The position numbers and the translations under genes were made by a program. Below the pieces are notes generated by a model that saw only the letters and a program-made list of their open reading frames with translations, did no database searches and had not been told where the DNA came from. Below are positions 1 to 9,218 of a stretch of DNA of 27,992 nt, in pieces (the first letter of the stretch is position 1; each line of letters opens with the position of its first letter). This DNA is from an uncultured Eubacteriales bacterium (GTDB taxonomy: Bacteria; Bacillota; Clostridia; Oscillospirales; Acutalibacteraceae): NCBI GenBank assembly GCA_964394885.1, contig CAYMZO010000001.1:1-27992 (forward strand). The letters run 5' to 3'.

Positions 1-95
1 AACAGGGAGTATAAATATAAAATAATTTTCTATTTACTTTTTGCAATATAAAAAGTACAAGTTTCTTTGTAAAATAAAGGAAAAAAAGTTTTTGT

Positions 96-132
96 AATCG
101 GTTATTTTTCTTATTTGAAAAAATAACCGATT
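96..132. promoter_or_regulatory. 14-bp perfect inverted repeat upstream of the ADH gene (upstream terminator or operator)
   Basis: AATCGGTTATTTTT (96-109), 9-nt spacer, AAAAATAACCGATT (119-132). It overlaps the -35 position of the extended -10 at 140-148. Confidence 0.5.
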
Positions 133-139
133 TCTTTGG

Positions 140-148
140 TGGTATAAT
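140..148 (+). promoter_or_regulatory. Extended -10 sigmaA-type promoter element for the ADH gene
   Basis: TG-G-TATAAT at 140-148. A second TATAAT lies at 172-177. RBS GGAGGT at 199-204. Confidence 0.45.
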
Positions 149-212
149 TTCCTCAATATGTTAATACTTAGTATAATAGTATTAATAATTTGAATTATGG
201 AGGTAATTTATC

Positions 213-1463
213 ATGTGGTCATTAAAAAAATTGGGCTATCGTGGAGTTGAGGTAGTTTTTGCCGGTGCAATGTATCTATGGGGATGGTTTTTCCCTGATC
301 CAATCATTATCCAAGGTCCCGGAAGTATAAAGAAGCTTCCCGAAGTAATCAAGAGCAAAGGTTTAAAAAAGATTTTAATTGTTACAGACCCCGGTCTTAT
401 GAGTCTTAATCTTCTTGACTCTCTTTTCAAAACATTAACTGAGTGCGGAGTTGAGTATGCACTTTATGATCAGGTTCAGCCAAACCCAACCATTGAAAAC
501 GTACATGCTGCACAAAAGGTTTATAATGACAATCATTGTCAAGCTATAATTGCTTTTGGTGGCGGTTCACCAATCGACTGTGCAAAAGCAACAGGTGCAT
601 GTATTGCAAGACCTAACCGTTCTTTAGAGAAGATGAGCGGAACATTTAAGGTTATTCTTCCTTCTCTTAAAATGGGCTCTCTTGTTCCACCTACACTCTT
701 TGCAGTACCAACAACTGCAGGTACCGGCTCAGAAACAACAATTGCTGCTGTTATTACAGATTCTAAAACTCACGATAAGTTCCCAATTATGGATCCATTT
801 ATTCGTGCTAAGTATGCTGTACTTGACCCTGAGCTTACAGTTGGTCTTCCCAAGCACATCACTTCAACAACAGGTATGGATGCACTTACCCACGCAGTTG
901 AAGGCTATACAAACATTTGGTATAACGACAAAAAGTTTAACGATTATGGCGTAAAAGCTGTTCAGATTATTTTCAAATATCTTGAAAGAGCATACAACGA
1001 CGGTACTGACATTGAAGCTCGTGGACAACTTCTTCTCGCTTCATATTATGCAGGTCTTTGCTTTACTCGTGGTGGTGTTGGTTACGTTCACGGTATCGGA
1101 CATCGTCTTGGCGGAATGTATGGAGTTCCTCACGGTCTTGCAATGTCTGTTATTCTTCCTCACGTTATGTCAGACGAATTGTTTGGACCTGTTGTTTATA
1201 AAAAGCTTGCTGAGCTTGCAGACGCTGTTGGCATTACCGGTGCTAATGACGAGCAAAAGGCAAAAGCTTTTGTTGCTGAAATCAAAGCTATGAACGAAAG
1301 AATGAACATTCCAACAGGATTTGATTGCATTAAGGAAGAGGATATTCCAACAATCGCAGAGCGTTGCCTTGCTGAAACTCATCCTACATATCCTGTTCCA
1401 AAAATGTATTCACAAAAAGAAATTGAAGATTTTATCAGAAAAAATCTTATTATCAAAAAATAA
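213..1463 (+). CDS. Iron-containing (family III) alcohol dehydrogenase
   Basis: GGGSPID motif, PTTAGTGSE, metal-ligand region TGMDALTHAVE and GYVHGIGHRLGGMYGVPHG. RBS GGAGGT 8 nt before the ATG. Confidence 0.92.
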   Translation: MWSLKKLGYRGVEVVFAGAMYLWGWFFPDPIIIQGPGSIKKLPEVIKSKGLKKILIVTDPGLMSLNLLDSLFKTLTECGVEYALYDQVQPNPTIENVHAAQKVYNDNHCQAIIAFGGGSPIDCAKATGACIARPNRSLEKMSGTFKVILPSLKMGSLVPPTLFAVPTTAGTGSETTIAAVITDSKTHDKFPIMDPFIRAKYAVLDPELTVGLPKHITSTTGMDALTHAVEGYTNIWYNDKKFNDYGVKAVQIIFKYLERAYNDGTDIEARGQLLLASYYAGLCFTRGGVGYVHGIGHRLGGMYGVPHGLAMSVILPHVMSDELFGPVVYKKLAELADAVGITGANDEQKAKAFVAEIKAMNERMNIPTGFDCIKEEDIPTIAERCLAETHPTYPVPKMYSQKEIEDFIRKNLIIKK

Positions 1464-1480
1464 TTTTTAGTTATCTAATC

Positions 1481-1513
1481 AAAAGACTGTCTTTTTTAAG
1501 GCAGTCTTTTTTT
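1481..1513 (+). terminator. Rho-independent terminator after ADH
   Basis: AAAAGACTGTCTT-TTTT-AAGGCAGTCTTTT (one G-U pair) followed by a T run. Confidence 0.85.
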
Positions 1514-1539
1514 AATTATTTCTAATATTTTAAAATGGC

Positions 1540-1569
1540 TTGAAGTATATATTGTAAAAGTGTTATAAT
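1540..1569 (+). promoter_or_regulatory. sigmaA-type promoter for the glgP operon
   Basis: TTGAAG (1540-1545), 18 nt, TATAAT (1564-1569) with TG extension at 1561-1562. Confidence 0.55.
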
Positions 1570-1695
1570 AATTTTAAGTTTGTAACAATACTGTTGTGTA
1601 TTTTGCGAATAAAATGCCAAACTTCATCTGTTTGGCTTAATTAAATTCCATAGTTATATATTGATAATTATGGATAATAAAACAAAGGTGATAAG

Positions 1696-4107
1696 ATGAA
1701 ATATAAAATTACTCAAAAAGAGCTCGAAAAGGAAATTGCAACTAAAATTTCACACCTATTCGGACTAAGTGTTCAAGATGCTTCTTACGAGCATTATTAC
1801 AAAGCGTTGGCACTTATAATAAGAGATTTAATGGGAAGCACGTGGTACGACTCGATAAGTAATTCTAATGCTCAAAAGTCTGGTTCAAAGACCGTTTATT
1901 ATATGTGTATGGAGTTTTTAATGGGTCGTTCCTTAAAGAACAATCTATATAATCTTGAGCTTACAGATGTTGCTCAAAAGGCTCTTGAAAATTTTGATAT
2001 TGACCTTGATAAATTGTATGATTACGAGCCGGACGCAGGTCTCGGAAACGGTGGACTCGGCAGACTCGCTTCTTGCTATATGGATGCACTTACTGCAAAC
2101 GATTATCAGGCTGTCGGCTACTCTATCCTTTATGAATACGGCATTTTCAAGCAGAAGCTTGTTGACGGTTGGCAAACAGAGTTGCCGGATTTTTGGTTGC
2201 CCGGCGGTGAATCTTGGCTATCTGCCAAAAAGGACTTTAGCGTAACCGTTAAATTCGGAGGAACACTTGAAAGTCAGTGGAACGACGGCTACTATACAAC
2301 TAAGCTTTCTAACTATACCCCTGTTGTTGCCGTGCCTTATGATATGTATATCTCCGGAAAAGGCGGTTCTTCTGTTAACGTATTGCGTTTATGGAAATCC
2401 ACTTCTCCAAGTATAGATATGAGCCTGTTTAATCAAGGTGATTATATTCGTGCTGTTGAGCAGGATGCAATGGCAGAGGTTATCAGCAAGGTACTTTATC
2501 CATCAGACAATCACGCTGAAGGTAAAAGCTTGCGTCTTCGTCAGCAATATTTTCTTGTTTCCGCATCTATTCAAGACATAGTTCAACGTCATTTAAGGTT
2601 GCACAGAAGCATTGACAATATTCCTGAAGAAATTGCAATTCACATAAACGACACTCATCCCGCTCTTTCAATACCTGAAATGATGAGGATTTTCCTTGAC
2701 GACTGTGGTTACAGCTGGGACGATTCGTGGGCAATAGTTACTAAAACATTTGCATACACCAATCATACAGTTATGAGTGAAGCACTTGAATGCTGGACCG
2801 AGGACCTTGTAAAGCAACTCATTCCGAGAGTTTATCAAATAATCAAAGAGATTGACAATAGATACCGTGCATTTATTTGGGACATTTCTCACGATGCAGG
2901 TAAAGTTGAAGATATGGCTATTGTTTCAAACGGAATTGTAAGAATGGCAAATCTTTGCGTTGCGTGTTGCCACAGTGTAAACGGCGTTTCTGCCCTGCAC
3001 AGTGAAATTCTTAAGAAAGATGTTTTCCACAACTACTACTCTCTTTCTCCTGCAAAATTTAAGAACGTTACAAACGGAATTGCACACAGACGTTGGCTTT
3101 GTCAGGCAAACCCCGAGCTTACAGGATTAATTTCAGAGCTTATCGGAGATGGCTTTATTCAAAACGCAGGTGAGCTTACTAATCTAAAAAAATATTCTAA
3201 CGACAAAGCTGTCTTTAAAAAGCTTGATGAAGTTAAGCACGACAACAAAGTTGAGTTTTCCAATTATATAAAAGAAAAATCAGATATTTTAATAGACCCG
3301 AATTCCATTTTTGATGTTCAAGTCAAAAGGCTTCACGAATATAAAAGGCAGCACTTGAATGCAATGGAAATTCTTTGCCAATATTTAGCCTTAAAGCAAA
3401 ACCCATCTATGGACTTTACGCCACGAACATATATCTTTGGTGCAAAAGCAGCTCCGGGGTACTTTATGGCAAAGAAAATTATCTCCTTTATCTATTCCCT
3501 TTCTCAGCTTATCAACAACGACCCTGATGTTAAGGATAGAATTAAAATAGTCTATCTTGAGGACTATAACGTTACCACAGCAGAAAGGCTTATGCCTTGT
3601 GCCGATATCAGCGAGCAGATTTCGCTTGCAGGAACCGAAGCAAGCGGAACAGGAAATATGAAGCTTATGATAAATGGTGCCTTAACGCTTGGCACACTTG
3701 ACGGAGCAAATGTTGAGATAAAAGAAGCCGTTGGAAATGATAACATTTTCATATTCGGTATGACTGCTCAAGAGGTTTCTAACCTTGCATCAAAAGGTTA
3801 TGACCCTCACAGCTATTATTTAAACAACAACGACATAAAATCTGTAATCGACTTTATGAGCCACGGAATTAACGGCCAAGATTTTTCCGAAATAACCTCT
3901 TCTATTCTTCAGCACGACCCGTATATGGTTATGGCTGATTTTGCAGACTATCATCAAACCCGAGATGAAATTGTTAAAGCATACTCAAACAAAGAGAGCT
4001 GGAACAAAAAATCTCTTTACAACATTGCCGGTGCAGGTATATTCTCTGCCGACAGGGCAATCAATGACTATGCAAAGACAATATGGCATACGGGTAAAAT
4101 AATCTAA
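1696..4107 (+). CDS. glgP: Glycogen/starch/alpha-glucan phosphorylase (GT35)
   Basis: GLGNGGLGRLASC, INDTHP, YTNHT, TNGIAHRRW, QVKRLHEYKRQ, PLP-lysine motif EASGTGNMK, GTLDGANVE. Confidence 0.96.
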   Translation: MKYKITQKELEKEIATKISHLFGLSVQDASYEHYYKALALIIRDLMGSTWYDSISNSNAQKSGSKTVYYMCMEFLMGRSLKNNLYNLELTDVAQKALENFDIDLDKLYDYEPDAGLGNGGLGRLASCYMDALTANDYQAVGYSILYEYGIFKQKLVDGWQTELPDFWLPGGESWLSAKKDFSVTVKFGGTLESQWNDGYYTTKLSNYTPVVAVPYDMYISGKGGSSVNVLRLWKSTSPSIDMSLFNQGDYIRAVEQDAMAEVISKVLYPSDNHAEGKSLRLRQQYFLVSASIQDIVQRHLRLHRSIDNIPEEIAIHINDTHPALSIPEMMRIFLDDCGYSWDDSWAIVTKTFAYTNHTVMSEALECWTEDLVKQLIPRVYQIIKEIDNRYRAFIWDISHDAGKVEDMAIVSNGIVRMANLCVACCHSVNGVSALHSEILKKDVFHNYYSLSPAKFKNVTNGIAHRRWLCQANPELTGLISELIGDGFIQNAGELTNLKKYSNDKAVFKKLDEVKHDNKVEFSNYIKEKSDILIDPNSIFDVQVKRLHEYKRQHLNAMEILCQYLALKQNPSMDFTPRTYIFGAKAAPGYFMAKKIISFIYSLSQLINNDPDVKDRIKIVYLEDYNVTTAERLMPCADISEQISLAGTEASGTGNMKLMINGALTLGTLDGANVEIKEAVGNDNIFIFGMTAQEVSNLASKGYDPHSYYLNNNDIKSVIDFMSHGINGQDFSEITSSILQHDPYMVMADFADYHQTRDEIVKAYSNKESWNKKSLYNIAGAGIFSADRAINDYAKTIWHTGKII

Positions 4108-4143
4108 CTATATTGTTAAATTGTTAAAATGGAGTTGATTTGT

Positions 4144-6021
4144 ATGAGTAGTTGTGTTTTTAATTCAAGAGACAAACAATATAAAAGTGTTTTTGGAGCT
4201 GTTTCTACCGGAGAAAACGTTACTTTCCGTCTACTGTTGCCATGCAATGGTAGCAATTACTGTACAAACGCCTACCTGCTGTTATGCAAGGACGGTCAGA
4301 CAGAAGAGCGTTTTGACCTTTATGCAACAAATGATTATTGGGATAATTGCAGATGGTGGGAAATCACTCACAGCATTAATGATTTCGGACTTTACTGGTA
4401 TCGTTTCGAATTTTCAACTCCGTTTGGCACTTGCAGGGTTTCAAACGATGGCCACGGTATAGGATATGTAACCGACAGTATTTCCTCGTGGCAGTTAACC
4501 GTATATTCATCTGAATTTAAAACACCCGAATGGTTAAAAGGCGGAGTTATTTATCAGATTTTTCCTGACAGATTTTGCAAGTCCAGCTCCTCTAAAAAAG
4601 CCACTGATAAAGGCAGAATAATAAGAGAAGATTGGGACGGCGTTCCTTACTGGAAGCCAACTGACGAAGGCAAGGTGCTCAACAATGACTTTTTCGGAGG
4701 AAACCTTAAAGGTGTTGAGCAAAAGCTTGACTATCTGAAAGAGCTTGGCGTTACCTGCATTTATCTTAATCCAATATTTGAATCCGCATCGAACCACCGT
4801 TATGACACGTCAGACTACGAAAAAATCGATTCACTTTTAGGAACTGAAAAGGATTTTACATCGTTATGTTCCGCTGCTAAAAAATGTGGTATACATATTA
4901 TACTTGACGGTGTTTTCAGCCACACCGGAGACGACAGCAAATATTTTAACAAATACAAGAACTACGGTAACGGCGGTGCTTACAATTCAGAAAAATCTCC
5001 GTACTATAAATGGTATAAATTCAAAAACTGGCCCGATGATTACGACTCTTGGTGGGGAATTAAAATTCTTCCCGAAGTTAAGGAAGATTGTCCCGAATAT
5101 CTTGAGTATATTACCGGTGAAAACGGAATTATTGAGAAGTGGCTCAAAGCAGGAGCAGACGGTTGGCGTCTTGACGTTGCCGATGAATTGCCTGACATCT
5201 TTCTTGACAGGTTAAGGCAAAGGGTCAAAGCCGTAAAATCAGACTCATTAATTCTCGGTGAAGTTTGGGAAGATGCCTCCAACAAAATAAGCTACGGAAA
5301 TCGTCGCAGATATTTGCTTGGAGAGCAACTTGACAGCGTTATGAATTATCCGTTTTTAGACGCAACAATAGACTTTGTTGTATCCTATCGTACAGATGAT
5401 TTCTTTAATCGTATATTATGCGTACTTGAGAACTATCCGCCTCAAGTTGTAAGCATACTTATGAACCCTTTAGGAACTCACGATACGCAGAGAGTTTTAA
5501 CTATTCTCGGTGGTCTTTCCTGCAAGTACAAAGACAGGCAATGGCAATCGGAACATTCTCTTTCTGACGAGCAAAGAGCTATTGCAATAAAGCTTCTTTA
5601 TATCGCCTCTGCAATCCAGTTTACACTGCCCGGTGTACCCTCAATCTATTATGGAGATGAAGCCGGTGTTGAGGGATGCAAAGACCCCTTTAATCGAACT
5701 TGTTACCCTTGGGGCAAAGAGAATGAAGAGCTTATAAAATGGTATACATTCCTCGGAAGTTTAAGAAAAAAATGTCCCTGTTTATATGATGGTGAATTTG
5801 TACCTATCTCTGCGGCACTCGGATGCATTGCCTATGCCAGAAAAAAGGATGACGATTTGCTTGTTATCATTGCAAATCGCAACGAACACGAAATCAATTA
5901 CTATTTGAGCGATGATAAGTATGACAATCTGAAATCTGTTTATGGATGCACTGTTGAGGGACGAAATGTAAAAATCCCTTCTATGACTTGTGCAATTCTC
6001 GGCAAAGGTAACTGGATTTAG
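4144..6021 (+). CDS. GH13 glycosidase of the neopullulanase/amylopullulanase type (possible glycogen debranching role)
   Basis: YQIFPDRF, GGNLKGV..KLDYLKELGV..IYLNPIF, DGVFSH, catalytic DGWRLDVADE / GEVWED / THDT, PGVPSIYYGDE. Start moved from 4129 to ATG 4144 because GGAG lies at about 4131-4134. Confidence 0.9.
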   Translation: MSSCVFNSRDKQYKSVFGAVSTGENVTFRLLLPCNGSNYCTNAYLLLCKDGQTEERFDLYATNDYWDNCRWWEITHSINDFGLYWYRFEFSTPFGTCRVSNDGHGIGYVTDSISSWQLTVYSSEFKTPEWLKGGVIYQIFPDRFCKSSSSKKATDKGRIIREDWDGVPYWKPTDEGKVLNNDFFGGNLKGVEQKLDYLKELGVTCIYLNPIFESASNHRYDTSDYEKIDSLLGTEKDFTSLCSAAKKCGIHIILDGVFSHTGDDSKYFNKYKNYGNGGAYNSEKSPYYKWYKFKNWPDDYDSWWGIKILPEVKEDCPEYLEYITGENGIIEKWLKAGADGWRLDVADELPDIFLDRLRQRVKAVKSDSLILGEVWEDASNKISYGNRRRYLLGEQLDSVMNYPFLDATIDFVVSYRTDDFFNRILCVLENYPPQVVSILMNPLGTHDTQRVLTILGGLSCKYKDRQWQSEHSLSDEQRAIAIKLLYIASAIQFTLPGVPSIYYGDEAGVEGCKDPFNRTCYPWGKENEELIKWYTFLGSLRKKCPCLYDGEFVPISAALGCIAYARKKDDDLLVIIANRNEHEINYYLSDDKYDNLKSVYGCTVEGRNVKIPSMTCAILGKGNWI

Positions 6022-6073
6022 ACAAACCACAACAAAATAATTTAGCATTGTATTTTCTATTGCAAAATACATC

Positions 6074-6109
6074 AGCACAGAGCGACATTATTCACTCTGT
6101 GCTTTTTTT
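6074..6109 (+). terminator. Rho-independent terminator after the glgP-GH13 operon
   Basis: AGCACAGAG (6074-6082), 12-nt loop, CTCTGTGCT (6095-6103), then a T run. Confidence 0.8.
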
Positions 6110-6150
6110 ATAATTATTGCGGGCGGACAAGCCCAAAAATAATTGCAAAA

Positions 6151-8493
6151 GTGGTGTGTAAGTTGAAAAGTAGTATATCTGCAACAAAAGTACTTGTCCA
6201 CGACAGCAAATCACATATTTCAACTAAAGAAGTGTTACGGCATATAGGTGTGGCAATTGTTACTTTCTTTCTTTCATTTCAGACAGTTATGGGAACTATT
6301 TCTCCCTTTGGAATTGCCTTTGTTAGTGCTTCTAAGCAAAAATATGTCCCCGCAGCACTCTTAGGCTCTATTCTTGGTTATTCGTTTTGTCTCAACGAAA
6401 ACATAATGCCACTAAGATACATAGCAACGCTTATTGCTGTTGCAGTTGTCGGAAAATGCCTTGAGTCTCTTGACTTTATTCACAACGGTCAAATAGCATA
6501 CCCCCTTGTTGCTTTTGGCTGTTGTATTGCCACAGGGGTAACAGTTCTGATTGCTCAAAGCTTTGACTCCTATGTTTTTACCCTTTATATTGCAGAGGCA
6601 ATACTTGCAGGCGGAAGTGCATATTTCTTTAGAATGTGTTTCAACATAAAGAACATAAAAAAAGGTATTTATGCCATAAGTTCTCACGAGCTTGCAGGCA
6701 TCGTGGTCTGTTCCAGCATTGTTTTAATGTCGCTTTCCACCTTTGAGTTTGGTGGATTTTCACCTGCAAGAGTTATTTGTGTACTTATAATTCTAATCTC
6801 TTCATATTACTCAAGAGAAGCAGGAGGAAGCATAACAGGCATAACGCTCGGTCTTGTAATTGGGCTTGCAGGAAACTCTTCAGGACTTGTAATAGGATAT
6901 TCTTTTGGCGGATTACTTGCAGGGGTTTTTGCACCCTTGGGTGCAATAGGTGTTTGCTGTGCATTTCTTATTGCTCACGGAGTTTCAATAATCTTGCAAG
7001 GCCTAAGCACCACTGTTGCATTACAATTTGCAGAAGCTATTGTTGCCTGCGTTATATTCTTATTCCTTCCATCTAAAATCACAGAGCAAATACGTCTTTT
7101 GTTCAGCTGTGCAAGTATAATGCCCAGCGTTGACGGTATAAAGCGTTCAGTTGTTACCAGGCTAAGCGTTGCATCTGAAGCGGTTACAGGACTTTCTTCA
7201 AAGCTTAGTCAGGTCTCCTCTATACTTTCCAAAAAAAGCACGTTAAACACAAGTGAAGAGCTGTTTGAACGAGTTCAATATAACGTCTGCAACAGTTGTG
7301 GAAATAAAAGCTTTTGTTGGGAGCATTGCTTTAATGATACTATGAATGTTTTTAACGACGCTTATACTGTTCTTAAAAGCGGAGAAAATATAACTTCAGC
7401 AAATCTTCCAAAGCATTTTACTTCAAGGTGTATAAAGCTCACTGCACTCGTCGAGAGTTTTAACAGGGATTTTGGAATTTTTAACGCAAACGTTGCTGCA
7501 AATGCAAAGCTTTCTCAGATGAGACTTATTGTTTCACAGCAGTTTGAAAGCATTTCAACAATGCTTAAAGATTTGTCTTATGAATTTGATGAAGAGCACA
7601 CATTTGACTCTGAAACAGCAACAAGGGTCGCATCTATATTAGATGATTTTGGTATTAATGTACTTGGAATATCCTGCTTATTAGATAGATTTTCAAGAAT
7701 GAGAATTGAGGTAAGATGCGAGCCATTGACTGAAAAAATTGACCGTTTTGACCTTACGGCTGCTTTGGGTGAAATGTGTGGCAGAGAATTTGACCTGCCA
7801 ACAGTTACAGTACTTGAAAATGAAACTCTTATAAGCTTTTGTCAACGTGCTCAATACAGTGTTTCTTCAGGTGTATTTCAGCATCAATGCCAGGACGAGC
7901 ATTATTGTGGAGATTATTACGAGTGCTTTTTTGACGGTCGTGGAAGATACATAATGATTATAAGCGACGGAATGGGTACAGGCTCAATGGCTGCGGTCGA
8001 CAGCAGAATGACAATAAGCCTTATATCCCAACTAATCCGCTCCGGGTTTGGTTTTGAATGTGCATTAAAGGTAATTAACTCAGCGTTGATGATAAAGTCC
8101 GGAGATGAATCTCTTGCAACACTCGACCTTGTGTGTGTTGATTTATTTTCCGGCACAACCGATTTTTACAAAGCGGGTGCTGCGGCAACGCTTGTAAAGC
8201 ACGGCAAAAAAATCTCAAAGCTTGAAAAGGTCGCTCTTCCAATAGGTATTCTTCGTGAAGTTGAATTTTCTCATTCAACCGCAGCGCTTAACGACGGTGA
8301 TGTTATTGTTATGTCAAGCGATGGAGTCTGGATAGAGGACGGAACATTTATGGCAAAAGAGCTGAAAACCTTTGACGGAGTAAGTCCCACAGACTTTTCA
8401 CAAAAAATTGCAGACGAAGCACTTTCAAAGTACAAGAACTCTACAAATGACGATATTACCGTGCTCACAGCTGTCATTCATAAAAACAATTAA
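6151..8493 (+). CDS. spoIIE: Stage II sporulation protein E (membrane PP2C-type phosphatase)
   Basis: Long multi-TM N-terminus, central Cys motif CNSC..K..CW, C-terminal PP2C motifs ISDGMGTG, DESLATLD, SSDGVW, DDITVL. The exact start (GTG 6151 vs TTG 6163) is uncertain. Confidence 0.9.
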   Translation: MVCKLKSSISATKVLVHDSKSHISTKEVLRHIGVAIVTFFLSFQTVMGTISPFGIAFVSASKQKYVPAALLGSILGYSFCLNENIMPLRYIATLIAVAVVGKCLESLDFIHNGQIAYPLVAFGCCIATGVTVLIAQSFDSYVFTLYIAEAILAGGSAYFFRMCFNIKNIKKGIYAISSHELAGIVVCSSIVLMSLSTFEFGGFSPARVICVLIILISSYYSREAGGSITGITLGLVIGLAGNSSGLVIGYSFGGLLAGVFAPLGAIGVCCAFLIAHGVSIILQGLSTTVALQFAEAIVACVIFLFLPSKITEQIRLLFSCASIMPSVDGIKRSVVTRLSVASEAVTGLSSKLSQVSSILSKKSTLNTSEELFERVQYNVCNSCGNKSFCWEHCFNDTMNVFNDAYTVLKSGENITSANLPKHFTSRCIKLTALVESFNRDFGIFNANVAANAKLSQMRLIVSQQFESISTMLKDLSYEFDEEHTFDSETATRVASILDDFGINVLGISCLLDRFSRMRIEVRCEPLTEKIDRFDLTAALGEMCGREFDLPTVTVLENETLISFCQRAQYSVSSGVFQHQCQDEHYCGDYYECFFDGRGRYIMIISDGMGTGSMAAVDSRMTISLISQLIRSGFGFECALKVINSALMIKSGDESLATLDLVCVDLFSGTTDFYKAGAAATLVKHGKKISKLEKVALPIGILREVEFSHSTAALNDGDVIVMSSDGVWIEDGTFMAKELKTFDGVSPTDFSQKIADEALSKYKNSTNDDITVLTAVIHKNN

Positions 8494-8563
8494 CATTTTG
8501 TTACTTTTTATTCATTGATTTTTAACTTTTTATACAACAATTATTCTCATATTATTCTTAACC

Positions 8564-8591
8564 TTGACACATCTTTTGGTTAGAATATAAA
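8564..8591 (+). promoter_or_regulatory. Possible sigmaA promoter for the USP-like gene
   Basis: TTGACA (8564-8569), 16 nt, TATAAA (8586-8591). Confidence 0.4.
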
Positions 8592-8620
8592 CATCGCAGG
8601 ACGAAAGAGGGTTTTTATAA

Positions 8621-9064
8621 ATGTTTAATTCATCTTGTGTTATGGTGTGTATCTCCGGTAAAAAAGATTGCAAAGACTTAATTGAGGCCGGTAATGCACT
8701 TGCAAAAAGGGATGGTTTAAAGCTTTCTCTTCTTGTTATTCTTCCTCAGAACGCATGTTTTTCTCCGAACCAAGAGACCTTAAATATGCTTTATGAGCAG
8801 GCAAAAGAATACAATGCAGAGCTTAACGTATTTTTTGATGATAATCCGGCAAAGTGTGCGGCAGATTTTGCTAACCAATCACACGCATTCAGTATTGTTA
8901 CCGGATTCCCAAGTTTAAATAGTACACACTTCGTTTCACAAATCCACGCATTGCTTCCGCATACTCCTATAAATATGGTTCGTGAAAATAAAGTTTTTCA
9001 CATCTCTGACGCAATGCAGATTGAAACACAGCGCAGCCTTTATAAATTGCTGCAAAATAATTAG
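8621..9064 (+). CDS. Universal-stress-protein-like (KdpD USP-domain-like) protein
   Basis: N-terminal beta strand VMVCIS, then LI..G..LA...G.KLSLLVI, a pattern resembling adenine-nucleotide alpha-hydrolase/USP folds. RBS-like GAAAGAGGG upstream. Confidence 0.55.
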   Translation: MFNSSCVMVCISGKKDCKDLIEAGNALAKRDGLKLSLLVILPQNACFSPNQETLNMLYEQAKEYNAELNVFFDDNPAKCAADFANQSHAFSIVTGFPSLNSTHFVSQIHALLPHTPINMVRENKVFHISDAMQIETQRSLYKLLQNN

Positions 9065-9102
9065 ATATCTTCATTTCTCATTTTCATTATTTTTCTCCTC
9101 AC

Positions 9103-9146
9103 AAAAAAGACAGGAACTATGAAATTCATAGTTCCTGTTCTTTTTT
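9103..9146. terminator. Bidirectional terminator between the convergent USP-like gene and mtnN
   Basis: CAGGAACTATGA (9111-9122) / TCATAGTTCCTG (9126-9137), with an A run on the left and a T run on the right. Confidence 0.85.
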
Positions 9147-9218
9147 ATTTTATTTTGTTGTGTTTCGTTTTATTAAAATCTGTCAGCAATCCTTGCAGCT
9201 TGTCTAATCAGTTTTTTA

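Noticed and set aside
155-180. Rex box before the alcohol dehydrogenase (ATGTTAATACTTAGTAT)
   Set aside because: The half-site spacing and right arm do not fit TTGTTAA-N4-TTAACAA.
1670-1699. 9-codon micro-ORF (MDNKTKVIR) overlapping the glgP start
   Set aside because: No RBS, and such overlaps are common by chance.
6083-6090. Spo0A box upstream of spoIIE (GCGACA)
   Set aside because: Two mismatches to TTCGACA, and it lies in a terminator loop.
6121-6130. 10-mer GGGCGGACAA shared with 15729-15738, suggesting a dispersed repeat
   Set aside because: Only two short copies with differing flanks, compatible with chance among hairpin sequences.
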